Below the pieces are notes generated by a model. It made no database searches, was not told where the DNA came from, and worked only from the letters and a program-made list of their open reading frames with translations. From positions 22,568,001-22,632,000 of the forward strand of contig NC_086376.1 in NCBI RefSeq assembly GCF_036588685.1: DNA of 64,000 nucleotides. Direction: 5' to 3'. Position numbers and translations under genes: made by a program. Shown one piece after another: positions 12,195 through 24,124 of the stretch. Source of the DNA: Mytilus trossulus. Taxonomy: Eukaryota. Positions within the stretch are counted from its first letter, which is position 1, and each line of letters begins with the position of its first letter.

Positions 12195-13373
12195 TCACCA
12201 AGAAGAAAACTCTTTCTGTATCTGACAAGATGAATAAAAAACATTAGAGTTCGGTTTGAATGATGACGATGTACTGTATGTGCATGGAGCAATACATGAT
12301 TGTTCTCCTGATAACGATTGCGAAACCGGAAATAGTGAATCGCTTCCAAATGATTGCACGGTTGCTGGAAATTGCATTCTTGTTATTCCGAATGTAGATA
12401 CAGGAGACTGAGTTATTGGATGTGAGTAGTGAGGTTTTGTGTGCATCGGTGATCCTTTCATTGAGTATGGACAGAATCCAGTTGGTGATGATGTCATAGG
12501 TACATATCCATTATTATGTCGTGCGTAGAATTGATTAGATGAACCATCGACAGTTTTTACAGAACTTTTTCTTGCTCTTCGCCTTGCATTTTGACGCCTG
12601 AAGTCTCCTTTTGAAAAATCCTCAATACATGCTAAGTGAACAGACCAATAGTTGCCTTTGCCGTTATCAGACGGGCCATTTTTCACGAAACATTCGTTGA
12701 GAGAAAGATTATGTCGTATGCTGTTCCTCCATGCTTTTTCTTTGTTATTGTAGAAGGGAAAATTATCCATTATGTATTGATATATATCAATCAGTACTAA
12801 TTTCTTGCTCGGTTTACTCAGTATTGCCATTGAAATCATAGCGATGTACGAGTGTGATGGCTTCTTGTTGGTGTTACTTGTACATAATATATTCTTAATT
12901 GATCTGTCTAACGATAACTGAACCTACAAAAATAAACAGAAATGTTATAGAAAATTACCAAATACAAAATATATAAGAAATAAAAAGAAAGGGATAAATA
13001 TTTAGAAATAAAGATGATATGTATTAATATCATTATCAATATTGACATTTTGCAACAAAAAAAAGCTGTTGGTTTGCTTATTATTGAATACGTGTATAAA
13101 TGTAAATATATTTCGCCCTTTATTTAAGATAATAAATATCTCGTTTCCTTTAATATAGCATAAGATTCCTCTACCAATTTAAAGACATTTTCATTTAAAA
13201 ATACAACATACCTGTGCAATAGATTCATCACTGTCACTGTGGTTACTTTCACTTTCACTTGTACATAGAGACGGTGTCCACAACTCATCCCCATCGCTTG
13301 AGAAAGAATCTCGTTTGACTCTTTCTGTATCTGTGTTGTTCAAATAATAAATGCTTAAATGTGAATTATTCAT
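12195..13373 (-). CDS. FoxQ2: FoxQ2-class forkhead transcription factor copy 2, intact, 296 aa (exon 1 13373-13212, exon 2 12923-12195)
   Basis: Forkhead domain [41 protein letters not shown] with the FoxQ2-type wing 2. Donor CAG|GTATGT, acceptor TTTTTGTAG|GTT, phase 0, no stops. Confidence 0.88.
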
Positions 13374-14366
13374 AATTCCTAAATTTAGTTGTGCAATCGT
13401 GTTGAGAAAAGATCACAGAATGACTTATTTTGTTTGAGTTACAGAATATATACCAGACAAACCTGTTATTTTTCACAGTTTTGAGTCACGTGATCTAACT
13501 CAAATGGCATTGTTTTTAAAATTAACAGGTCGTTTAGTTGAATAAAAAATATGTTGACAGTTGAAGTACAAATAGTACTTATAATTTACAAAAATATTAT
13601 GTTTGAAAATATTAATATAGATAATACCAAAAGTCACGTCACCACATAAAGAATGAAAAATATGAAGACATGAAAAAAGGATAAATACGACACAGAAAGA
13701 GATGAGTCACCTCACAAAAAGTGGACTAAACGAACACACTGAGGTTGACAAACTAGTGATAACTGTAAAGGACCTATATATTCAGAACACTTTGCCATAG
13801 ACACATCTTTTGTGCTTTTGTGCTTTTGGCCTTTTTGTTCAACTGGGTCACCAGCAATACTGGGTGACTATAATTTTACCGAGAGTATCTCGTGTTTCTG
13901 TGATATACCGGTATTCTGGTTGCATTTTTCCAGTGTCAGTGTTGGCGTACTTATTACAGAATTAATGTTGGAAAACAAAGTTGTCCTTTTGCTCTTTTTG
14001 TTGATTACTATCACACGTTTAATATAATTTTCCTTCCAAAGATATATAGATGATTGTTTCTGATGGACTTATTCTTGGTACACATGTTGTAGACGTGACC
14101 ATTAAATCACTTGTTTTCATACCTCATACTCTATTTATACGACACTAATAAGTATATATCATCAACACATACATAACCAATGCATTTCAAACAGCTTAAC
14201 GGTTGGTTTGTGATGTTTGAAACCATATGCTATATTCTATACTAAGGCTTTTCTACCTCAGGAATAGATTACCTTAGCTGGATTTGGCAAAACTTTTAGG
14301 AATTTTGGTCCTCAATGATCTTCAACTTCGTACTTTATTTGGCCTTTTGGCTTTTTTGGATTCGAG

Positions 14367-14408
14367 TGTCACTGATGAGTCTTTTGTAGACGAAACGCGC
14401 GTCTGGCG
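14367..14408 (+). ncRNA. Minimal type I hammerhead ribozyme within a retrozyme/Penelope-associated repeat (about 14243-14445)
   Basis: TGTCA CTGATGA GTC-TTTTGTA-GAC GAAA CGCGCG TC/TGGCG: intact core, helix II, palindromic helix III, GUC cleavage site after 14403, and helix I TGTCA pairing with TGGCG. Confidence 0.85.
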
Positions 14409-17400
14409 TATGTACTAAATTTAGTCCTGGTATCTATGATGAGTGTATCGTGTATCTATTACCTGTAGTTGATATTGAATTGTATATATGATTTAGAACT
14501 TTCCAACTGGCAAAGACCCTACAATATTGAATAACTATGTGTTGCTCCGTTAGTTGTCTTATCAAAGTAAACTAACTTTCTCCGTCAAATATGAATATAT
14601 CTTTATTACAAATTGGCATATAATAGTATTTGCACTGGTTAATTCATAGAAAGTTTCACTATAAAACTCATAATAAAATATGAATGGTTTCAAAGCAATA
14701 TTTTTGCATTCAAACAATATTCCATAAATATATTTTTCTGTTTACAATCACCTTGATACAATAAACAATATAAATAATTTGACCTTTAAATGGAAATAAC
14801 CTTTCAGCAAATATCAGGAAATAAAGCGCATAAAACTAATAAATTATAATGAATCATATTAAAAAGTTGTATTCGAAGACAAAAGGAAATATGGTAAATG
14901 ATAAAGGACTTTGTCACTTTCAACGTTTAATAAAATTAAAGTTATACTTTCATCAAAACCATCAAATAATAAGCCATATTTTGTACCATGACTGAAACAA
15001 TTGACATAAAAAAGATGTGATATAAGTACCAAATGAAACAGCTCTAAACCAAAGACCAAACGACGTAAAGGGATGAAACTATGTGTCACTCCAAGGCGTT
15101 GATGCTAATTTTTGAAATTATTGCTCAATACCACTCGTCAACATATTGCTGAATGTGTTACAAAGTAAAGAGGTCCAAATCAACAATAATGTGTGGCATT
15201 TAAAATGTCACTTGACTTTCTCCTAATGTCAGCAGCTGTTATAAATATAGAGACTTTATTATTATTATGACTTACATTTTGTTATCAGTCACATAAGATT
15301 AGACTACAAATTAATTATCACTCTAGTTTAATAAGGATAATCATGGTAAAAAAAATGTACGTAACAATTGGAACTTGTGGTGGGTCTAGTTGTCTAACGA
15401 CACGTTCTAACTCAGCCTCTAGTAAATCTGATGACCGGAATGAGTATCTAAAACATGTGAAAACTGTTTCCTTTCATATCAAAAGCAATTTAATTTCTTG
15501 ACAAAATGTCGTGCCATTTTTGCACTTCTCCACAAAAAATCTGTTATGAGAACCTCTACTCAAGCATATTTCTTTTAATCACCACAGAAATGTTTTATTA
15601 TCTGTTTTTAAATCTTCCGTTTTTATTTATATAATTTATTTGGTAAACAAGGGTCGTAATCATATCACAGATTACTCTATATTGTATTAGAGTTGGCTCC
15701 TGAAGTGATTTGAATATGCATGTAGTCATTGAATCTAGAAAATGCTTGAAACGTTTAGAAATTTAGAAATATTCATGTTAAACCTTCCGGTCTGTTTAAT
15801 AATCTTATCCTATAATGTTACCAATTCAACACTGTAAGTACATCTTGGAATATTGTTTTCATTGGTATTAAGATTATTTGTATATCCATTCGCACATTCA
15901 TGACGCTAAAATCTGTCGATACCTGTATCTAACATTGAACAAGGTCTGGTAGTTCTTTGAATTTAATGACGTCTTAACACTAAATCGGTTGCATTTTGGA
16001 TGTGTCCTAATTAATGGTTTAGTATTAGATGAATGATTGCTTATATTAATTGTTCTTTGGTCAGTAACTGCGAGTTCTCTCAAGTCTGACGAGTAGAGCC
16101 TTTTTCAACTACTTTTAACAGTTTTTTATCATGTTGTTCTGTTACAAAACTGTCATAGTTATTGGGAGGTTGAACTCGTCAAGCTAGTTAACAACGCCAC
16201 ATTCTGTATGTGCCAGTTCTAAGTCAGTGTATGCTGTTATTTAGTTGTTATTGTTTGTCGCTGTGTTTGCATATTTGTTTATCGCTTATTATTTTGTACA
16301 TTAATTACGCCAATAGTTTTCTCGCTTGAATTGTTTTATATTTCTCATATATATATAACATTTATAGGCGACTATATGGTATGGTCTTTGCTAATTGTTG
16401 AAGGCCTAACGGTGAACTATAGATATTAATTTCTATGTCATTTTAGTATCTTTTGTTGAGATGTCTCATTAGCAAACATACCACATCTTCTTTTTATTTG
16501 TACTAAACATCTACATCAAGTGTATTAAAGAAATAATATGAAATTAAAAATCCATCCTTAGCATGAAATAATTCATATGTCATAGAAATATTTATTGTAA
16601 AATTCATAATAAGCTAGAAATGGGCCAAAAAATAATTTTTCTATTAAACTAAATGTCATAAATAAATTTGTCTGATTATTATCACCTCAGTACTGTAAGC
16701 AATGTAATAGTATGTACTGTTATCAGTAAGTGTTTACAAAGTAAAGGTTACAACGACAATATGTGAACCTGTATGCTTCATAACAAATAATGTGTAATAA
16801 CAGTGCCCTCTTCAGTTTTATAAGATCAAAATTATGGCTGTCTTTCATTACTTCATGAGAAATAAAAAATACAGAAAAATGTTGAATTGTATTATAGATA
16901 ATTACAAATCGGTCGACAATAGTCTTAATACTCATTTGTTTATAGATAATTTTTTTTTTAAATCACAAAAATCTATCAATGAATCATATTAATTTATTTT
17001 TCTATTCATGATGACCTAATAGCTGTATACAATAAAAGTGTATGCAGCTATGGAAATCACTGCTCCATGAAAATACTAAACAGTAACGTTAAAATTGCAC
17101 CTTGGAATGATCCTAAGATTGCTAAATAAGGGCAAATTATAAACGAGCTAATTGAAGTAATTGTAATCAAGATCAGACACAGTGCATGAACATGTACAGA
17201 GAGCCAAAAGATACCAAAGCATTAACATAACTCATAAGTCGAAAACAAACTACTAATGTCATGGGAAAAAACAACCAAAGGACTCTGTAAAAATATAAAT
17301 AAAACAACAACAAAACTTCAAATGATATAAATTCTTTTTTTATTAATTGTATATACAGTTGTAGGAACGGTGTAATGTTCCAGAGTATCCGTCATGATAA

Positions 17401-17694
17401 CAGCCAAATGTCAATATTCCTTATTGACTTCAAACTCAAGAGTTCTATGCATAAACTGTAACTATAGTCTAATCCCTCAAATACAATTGAGTCTTTTCAC
17501 GATGCCGTTTTGCAGGTATCATATAAAACAAAATAGTCCTTAGTTCGTCAAAACAATTATGTAAGTCAACGCTGCTGACGTATACACATTGTCTAGTATC
17601 TTTACTTAGTTCGGCCATACTGCATGATAATTTTCAATTATTCAAAACCAGCAAAATTTTAAACTCACACTTGGTATTGTGAGATAAATTAAAA

Positions 17695-18879
17695 TCACCA
17701 AGCAGAAAACTCTTTCTGTATCTGACAAGATGAATAAAAAACATTAGAGCTCGGTTTGAATGATGGCAATGTACAGTATGTGGATGGTACAATGAATGAG
17801 TGCCCTCCCGATAAGGATTGAGAAACTGGAAACAGTGGATCGCTTCCGAATGACTGCATGACTGCTGGCAATTGCGTTCTTGTCGTTCCGAATGTAGATA
17901 TAGGAGACTGAGTATTTTGATGTGAGTTGTAAGGTTTAGTATGCATAAAGGATCCTTTCATTGAGTATGGATGGAATCCAATTGGAGATGATGTCATTGG
18001 TACATATCCGTTATTACTACGTGTGTAGAAATGATTAGATGAGCCATCGACAGTTTTTACAGAACTTTTTCTTGCTGTTCGCCTTGCATTTCGACGCCTG
18101 AAGTCTCCTTTTGCAAAATCCTCAATACATGCTAAGTGAACAGACCAATAGTTGCCTATGCCGTTATCAGACCGGCCATTTTTCACGAAACATTCGTTGA
18201 GAGAAAGATTATGCCGTATGCTGTTCCTCCATGCTTTTTCTTTGTTATTGTAGAAGGGAAAATTATCCATTATGTATTGATTTATATTTCATTCAGCAAT
18301 AGTTTCTTGCTCGGTTTACTCAGTATTGCCATTGAAATCATAGCGATGTACGAGTGAGAAGGTTTCTTGGCGGTGGTACTTGAAGACAAGATATCCTTGA
18401 TTGATCTGTCTAACGATATCTGAACCTACGAAAATAAACAGAAATGTTATAGAAAATAAACCAAACAAAAAATTTAGAAATAAAAAGAGAGGGATCGATA
18501 TTTAAAAATAATGATGATATTAATTAGTATCATTATCAATATTGACACTTTGCAACATATAAAATGTAATTATTGGTTTGCATATAGTTGAAAACCTGTA
18601 TATGATATATACATAAACTTCTTCGCCCTTTATTTATTCTAATTTTTTATCAAAGAAATAAATATCTTTTCTTTTAAAATAGCATCAAAAAAATCCTCTA
18701 CCAATTTACCAACATACCTGTGCAATAGATTCATCACTGTCACTGTGGCTACTTTCACTTTCACTTGTGCAAAGAGACGGTGTCCAAACTTCATCACCTT
18801 CGCTTGAGAAAGAATCTCTTTTGACTCTTTCTGTTCGTCCCCTGTTCAAATAATAGATGCTTAAATGTGTATTATTCAT
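17695..18879 (-). pseudogene. FoxQ2: FoxQ2-class copy 3, frameshift plus premature stop (exon 1 18879-18718, exon 2 18425-17695)
   Basis: Exon 2 is 731 nt. The sense strand reads AAT GAA ATA TAA (stop at 18282-18284) instead of AAT GAT ATA TAT. It also has GKG>GIG in the forkhead wing. Confidence 0.85.
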
Positions 18880-19544
18880 GATTCCTAAAATTATAGGAGC
18901 AATCTTGTTGGGAGAAAATTACAGAATGACTTATACTGTTTGCGTTACAGAATATATACCAGACAAACCTGTTATTTTTCACAGTTCTGAGTCACGTGAT
19001 CTGATTCAAATGGCATTGTTTCTAAATTAACGGGTCATACTGTTGAATAAAAATATATTGACAATACAAATTGTATTCATAGTTATAAAAAATATTTTGT
19101 TCGAAAATATAGATATTGATAATACCAAAATTAACGTCATGAAGAGCACAAAACTAATCAAAAATAAAGGCAACAGTATACCGCGATAAAGATAGAGAAA
19201 AAAAACCAAATCCGGGTTTCAAACTCAAACTGAGGGAAACACATCATATATAAGAGAACTATGACACAACAGAACCACAACATCTTAATCTTGAATGTTT
19301 TAGAAATGCCCTAGATTTATTGGTACCAAAAAAAACTCACTGAGGCTTATGCTTTGAAACGTCAAAACTACCTTAGGAGGAGTATTATAAGCAAACTTTC
19401 GAATAGTTTTGTCAAAATTGTGTGTGTGTTTGTAAGGTTGTTTTTTTTTTGGGGGGGGGGGGGGGTTAAACACAACTTTATGACACTGTGTATGTGTCAT
19501 TGAGTATAACCTTCCACTCTGAATAAAATTTCAATTGATAGATA

Positions 19545-19627
19545 GAGGTCTCGGTGGCCAAGTGGTCTAAGTGGTTACTACTTTAATCACAATTCAGTCA
19601 ACATTAAAGTTGCTGGTTCGAAACTCG
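19545..19627 (+). mobile_element. Truncated SINE head, A+B box only (also about 22652-22734, 56760-56842, 59876-59957)
   Basis: Same head as 42389, cut immediately after the B-box and fused to GGCATATTGTG, which lies about 490 bp downstream in the longer units. Confidence 0.65.
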
Positions 19628-20803
19628 GCATATTGTGTATCATTTAACACTGAAACAATGAACATAAAAGATGTGATATGATTGCCTATGATACAAGTCT
19701 CAACCAAAGACCAAACGACGTAAAGGGAAAAAAACTATATTATAACTCTATGGCCTTCAGGCTTATTTTTCAATTATTGTTCAATACTACTCGTCAACAT
19801 ATTGTTGAAGGTGTACCAGAGTAATGTAGTACAAATCAACACCAATTTGTGGCTTTTAAATGTCACTTGTCTTTCTCAAAATGTCAGCAGGTGTCATATA
19901 TAGACTTTATTATTATGATGACTTACATTTTGTTATAAGTAACATGATTAAAGATATGAGTGTGTTATCAATCTAGATTTGTTACGACACCACTTGTATA
20001 AAATGTTGTCGTCATTAACAGATTTGACTGTAGACCTAGTTGTCAAACGACACGTTCGTACACAGCCTGCAGAAACCCTGAGGATCAAAACAAATATGTT
20101 AAACACTAGAATACTGTTTCGAATAATATTACAAACAACTGAATTTTTTTTTCATAAACAAAATATATTTTTTGCACTTCTCTATTAGTTTGCCTATTTG
20201 TCTAAAGATTGGTTTGGCCATGAAGCTCAAGAAGCATTACATTCGCTTTCAAATTATAAACGTGCTAAGTGAAGTTATTGTAATCAAGATCAGACACAGT
20301 GCATGGACATCTACAAAGAACCAAAAGATGCTAAAGTATTAACATAACTCATAAGTCGAAAACAAAATACTAATGCCATGGGTAAAAACAACCAAAAGAC
20401 GCTGTAAAAAAATCAGCAACAAAACTTCAAATGTTATAAATTCTTGTTTTATTAATTGTATATACAGTTGTAGGAACGGTGTAATGTTCCAGAGTATCTG
20501 TCATGATAACAGCCAAATGTCAATATTCCTTATTGACTCCAAACTCAAGAATTATATACATAAACTGTTATTATAGTCTAATCCCTCAAATACAATTGAG
20601 TCTTTTCACGATGCCGTTTTGCAGGTATCATTTAAAACAAAATAGTCCTTAGTTCGTCAAAACAATTATGTAAGTCAACGCTGCTGACGTATACCAATTG
20701 TCTAGTATCTTTACTTAGTTCGGCCATACTGCATGATAATTTTCAATTATTCAAAACCAGCAAAATTTTAAACTCACACTTGGTATTGTGAGATAAATTA
20801 AAT

Positions 20804-21986
20804 TCACCAAGCAGAAAACTCTTTCTGTATCTGACAAGATGAACAACAAACATTAGAGCTCGGTTTGAATGATGGCAATGTACAGTATGTGGATGGTACA
20901 ATGAATGAGTGCCCTCCTGATAAGGATTGAGAAACTGGAAACAGTGGATCGCTTCCGAATGACTGCATGACTGCTGGCAATTGCGTTCTTGTCGTTCCGA
21001 ATGTAGATATAGGAGACTGAGTATTTTGATGTGAGTTGTAAGGTTTTGTATGCATAAGAGATCCTTTCATTGAGTATGGATAAAATCCAATTGGAGATGA
21101 TGTCATTGGTACATATCCATTATTACTACGTGTGTAGAATTGATTGGATGAGCCCTCGACGGTTTTTACAGAACTTTTTCTTGCTCTTCGCCTTGCATTT
21201 CGACGCCTGAAGTCTCCTTTTGCAAAATCCTCAATACATGCTAAGTGAACAGACCAATAGTTGCCTTTGCCGTTATCAGACCGGCCATTTTTCACGAAAC
21301 ATTCGTTGAGAGAAAGATTATGCCGTATGCTGTTCCTCCATGCTTTTTCTTTGTTATTGTAGAAGGGAAAATTATCCATTATGTATTGATATATATCAAT
21401 CAGCAATAGTTTCTTGCTCGGTTTACTCAGTATTGCCATTGAAATCATAGCAATGTACGAGTGCGAAGGTTTCTTGGCGGTGGTACTTGAAGACAAGATA
21501 TCCTAGATTGATCTGTCTAACGATATCTGAACCTACGAAAATAAACAGAAATGTTATAGAAAACAAACCAAACAAAAAATTTAGAAATAAAAAGAGAGGG
21601 ATCGATATTTAAAAATAATGATGATATTAATTAGTATCATTATCAATATTGACACTTTGCAACATATAAAATGTAATTATTGGTTTGCATATAGTTGAAA
21701 ACCTGTATATGATATATACATAAACTTCTTAGCCCTTTATTTATTCTAATTTTTTATCAAAGAAATAAATATCTTTTCTTTTAAAATAGCATCAAAAAAA
21801 TCCTCTACCAATTTACCAACATACCTGTGCAATAGATTCATCACTGTCACTGTGGCTACTTTCACTTTCACTTGTGCAAAGAGACGGTGTCCAAACTTCA
21901 TCACCTTCGCTTGAGAAAGAATCTCTTTTGACTCTTTCTGTATCTCCCCTGTTCGAATAATAGATGCTTAAATGTGTATTATTCAT
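20804..21986 (-). pseudogene. FoxQ2: FoxQ2-class copy 4, nonsense mutation before the forkhead domain (exon 1 21986-21825, exon 2 21532-20804)
   Basis: Codon 10 of exon 2 is TAG (21505-21503) where all other copies have AAG (Lys). The rest of the exon is open. Confidence 0.8.
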
Positions 21987-23809
21987 GACTCCTAAAATTA
22001 TTGGAACAATCTTGTTGGGAGAAAATTACAGAATGACTTATACTGTTTGCGTTACAGAATATATACCAGACAAACCTGTTATTTTTCACAGTTCTGAGTC
22101 ACGTGATCTGATTCAAATGGCATTGTTTCTAAATTAACGGGTCATACTGTTGAATAAAAATATATTGACAATACAAATTGTATTCATAGTTATAAAAAAT
22201 ATTTTGTTCGAAAATATAGATATTGATAATACCAAAATTAACGTCATGAAGAGCACAAAACTAATCAAAAATAAAGGCAACAGTATACCGCGATAAAGAT
22301 AGAGAAAAAAAACCAAATCCGGGTTTCAAACTCAAACTGAGGGAAACACATCATATATAAGAGAACTATGACACAACAGAACCACAACATCTTAATCTTG
22401 AATGTTTTAGAAATGCCCTAGATTTATTGGTACCAAAAAAAACTCACTGAGGCTTATGCTTTGAAACGTCAAAACTACCTTAGGAGGAGTATTATAAGCA
22501 AACTTTCGAATAGTTTTGTCAAAATTGTGTGTGTGTTTGTAAGGTTGTTTTTTTTTTTGGGGGGGGGGGGGGTTAAACACAACTTTATGACACTGTGTAT
22601 GTGTCATTGAGTATAACCTTCCACTCTGAATAAAATTTCAATTGATAGATAGAGGTATCGGTGGCCAAGTGGTCTAAGTGGTTACTACTTTAATCACAAT
22701 TCAGTCAACATTAAAGTTGCTGGTTCGAAACTCGGCATATTGTGTATCATTTAACACTGAAACAATGAACATAAAAGATGTGATATGATTGCCTATGATA
22801 CAAGTCTCAACCAAAGACCAAACGACGTAAAGGGAAAAAAACTATATTATAACTCTATGGCCTTCATGTTTATTTTTCAATTATTGTTCAATACTACTCG
22901 TCAACATATTGTTGAAGGTGTACCAGAGTAATGTAGTACAAATCAACACCAATTTGTGGCTTTTAAATGTCACTTGTCTTTCTCAAAATGTCAGCAGGTG
23001 TCATATATAGACTTTATTATTATGATGACTTACATTTTGTTATAAGTAACATGATTAAAGATATGAGTGTGTTATCAATCTAGATTTGTTACGACACCAC
23101 TTGTATAAAATGTTGTCGTCATTAACAGATTTGACTGTAGACCTAGTTGTCAAACGACACGTTCGTACACAGCCTGCAGAAACCCTGAGGATCAAAACAA
23201 ATATGTTAAACACTAGAATACTGTTTCGAATAATATTACAAACAACTGAATTTTTTTTTCTTAAACAAAATATATTTTTTGCACTTCTCTATTAGTTTGC
23301 CTATTTGTCTAAAGATTGGTTTGGCCATGAAGCTCAAGAAGCATTACATTCGCTTTCAAATTATAAACGTGCTAAGTGAAGTTATTGTAATCAAGATCAG
23401 ACACAGTGCATGGACATCTACAAAGAACCAAAAGATGCTAAAGTATTAACATAACTCATAAGTCGAAAACAAAATACTAATGCCATGGGTAAAAACAACC
23501 AAAAGACGCTGTAAAAAAATCAGCAACAAAACTTCAAATGTTATTAATTCTTGTTTTATTAATTGACAGTTGTAGGAACGGTGTAATATTCCAGAGTATC
23601 TGTCATGATAACAGCCAAATGTCAATATTCCTTATTGACTCCAAACTCAAGAATTATATACATAAACTGTTACTATAGTCTAATCCCTCAAATACAATTG
23701 AGTCTTTTCACGATGCCGTTTTGCAGGTATCATTTAAAACAAAATAGTCCTTAGTTCGTCGAAACAATTATGTAAGTCAACGCTGCTGACGTATACAAAT
23801 TGTCTAGTA

Positions 23810-24026
23810 CCGTATAGCGGGTTATTTTCGCGGGGGTAAAATTTCGCGATTTTCATTGAATAAGGTATACGAAAAATTTTGGCAGTTATTATTTTGACGG
23901 ATTCAACATTTTTAACATTACCTTTGCATGTACACTTTTAAATTGGTGGAATTTATTTTGGCGATTTTGTTCTATCCGCGAAAATAAGCGAAAATTTACA
24001 CCCCGCGAAAATAACCCGCTATACGG
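23810..24026. mobile_element. 217-bp MITE, Tc1/mariner/pogo type (TA TSD)
   Basis: TIRs CCGTATAGCGGGTTATTTTCGCGGGG / CCCCGCGAAAATAACCCGCTATACGG, with TA on both sides. The empty site TGTCTAGTATCTTTAC is present in sibling units. Confidence 0.92.
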
Positions 24027-24124
24027 TATCTTTACTTAGTTCGGCCATACTGCATGATAATTTTCAATTATTCAAAACCAGCAAAATTTTAAACTCACAC
24101 TTGGTATTGTGAGATAAATTAAAA

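Noticed and set aside
18136-18357. Antisense ORFs overlapping forkhead exons (also 58466, 61399, 25195)
   Set aside because: Shadow frames that are not conserved across copies.
20804-21496. 230-aa single-exon ORFs starting at TTG (MSSS..)
   Set aside because: The TTG is an internal Leu of exon 2; the real ATG is in a conserved upstream exon. This particular copy also has an upstream in-frame stop.
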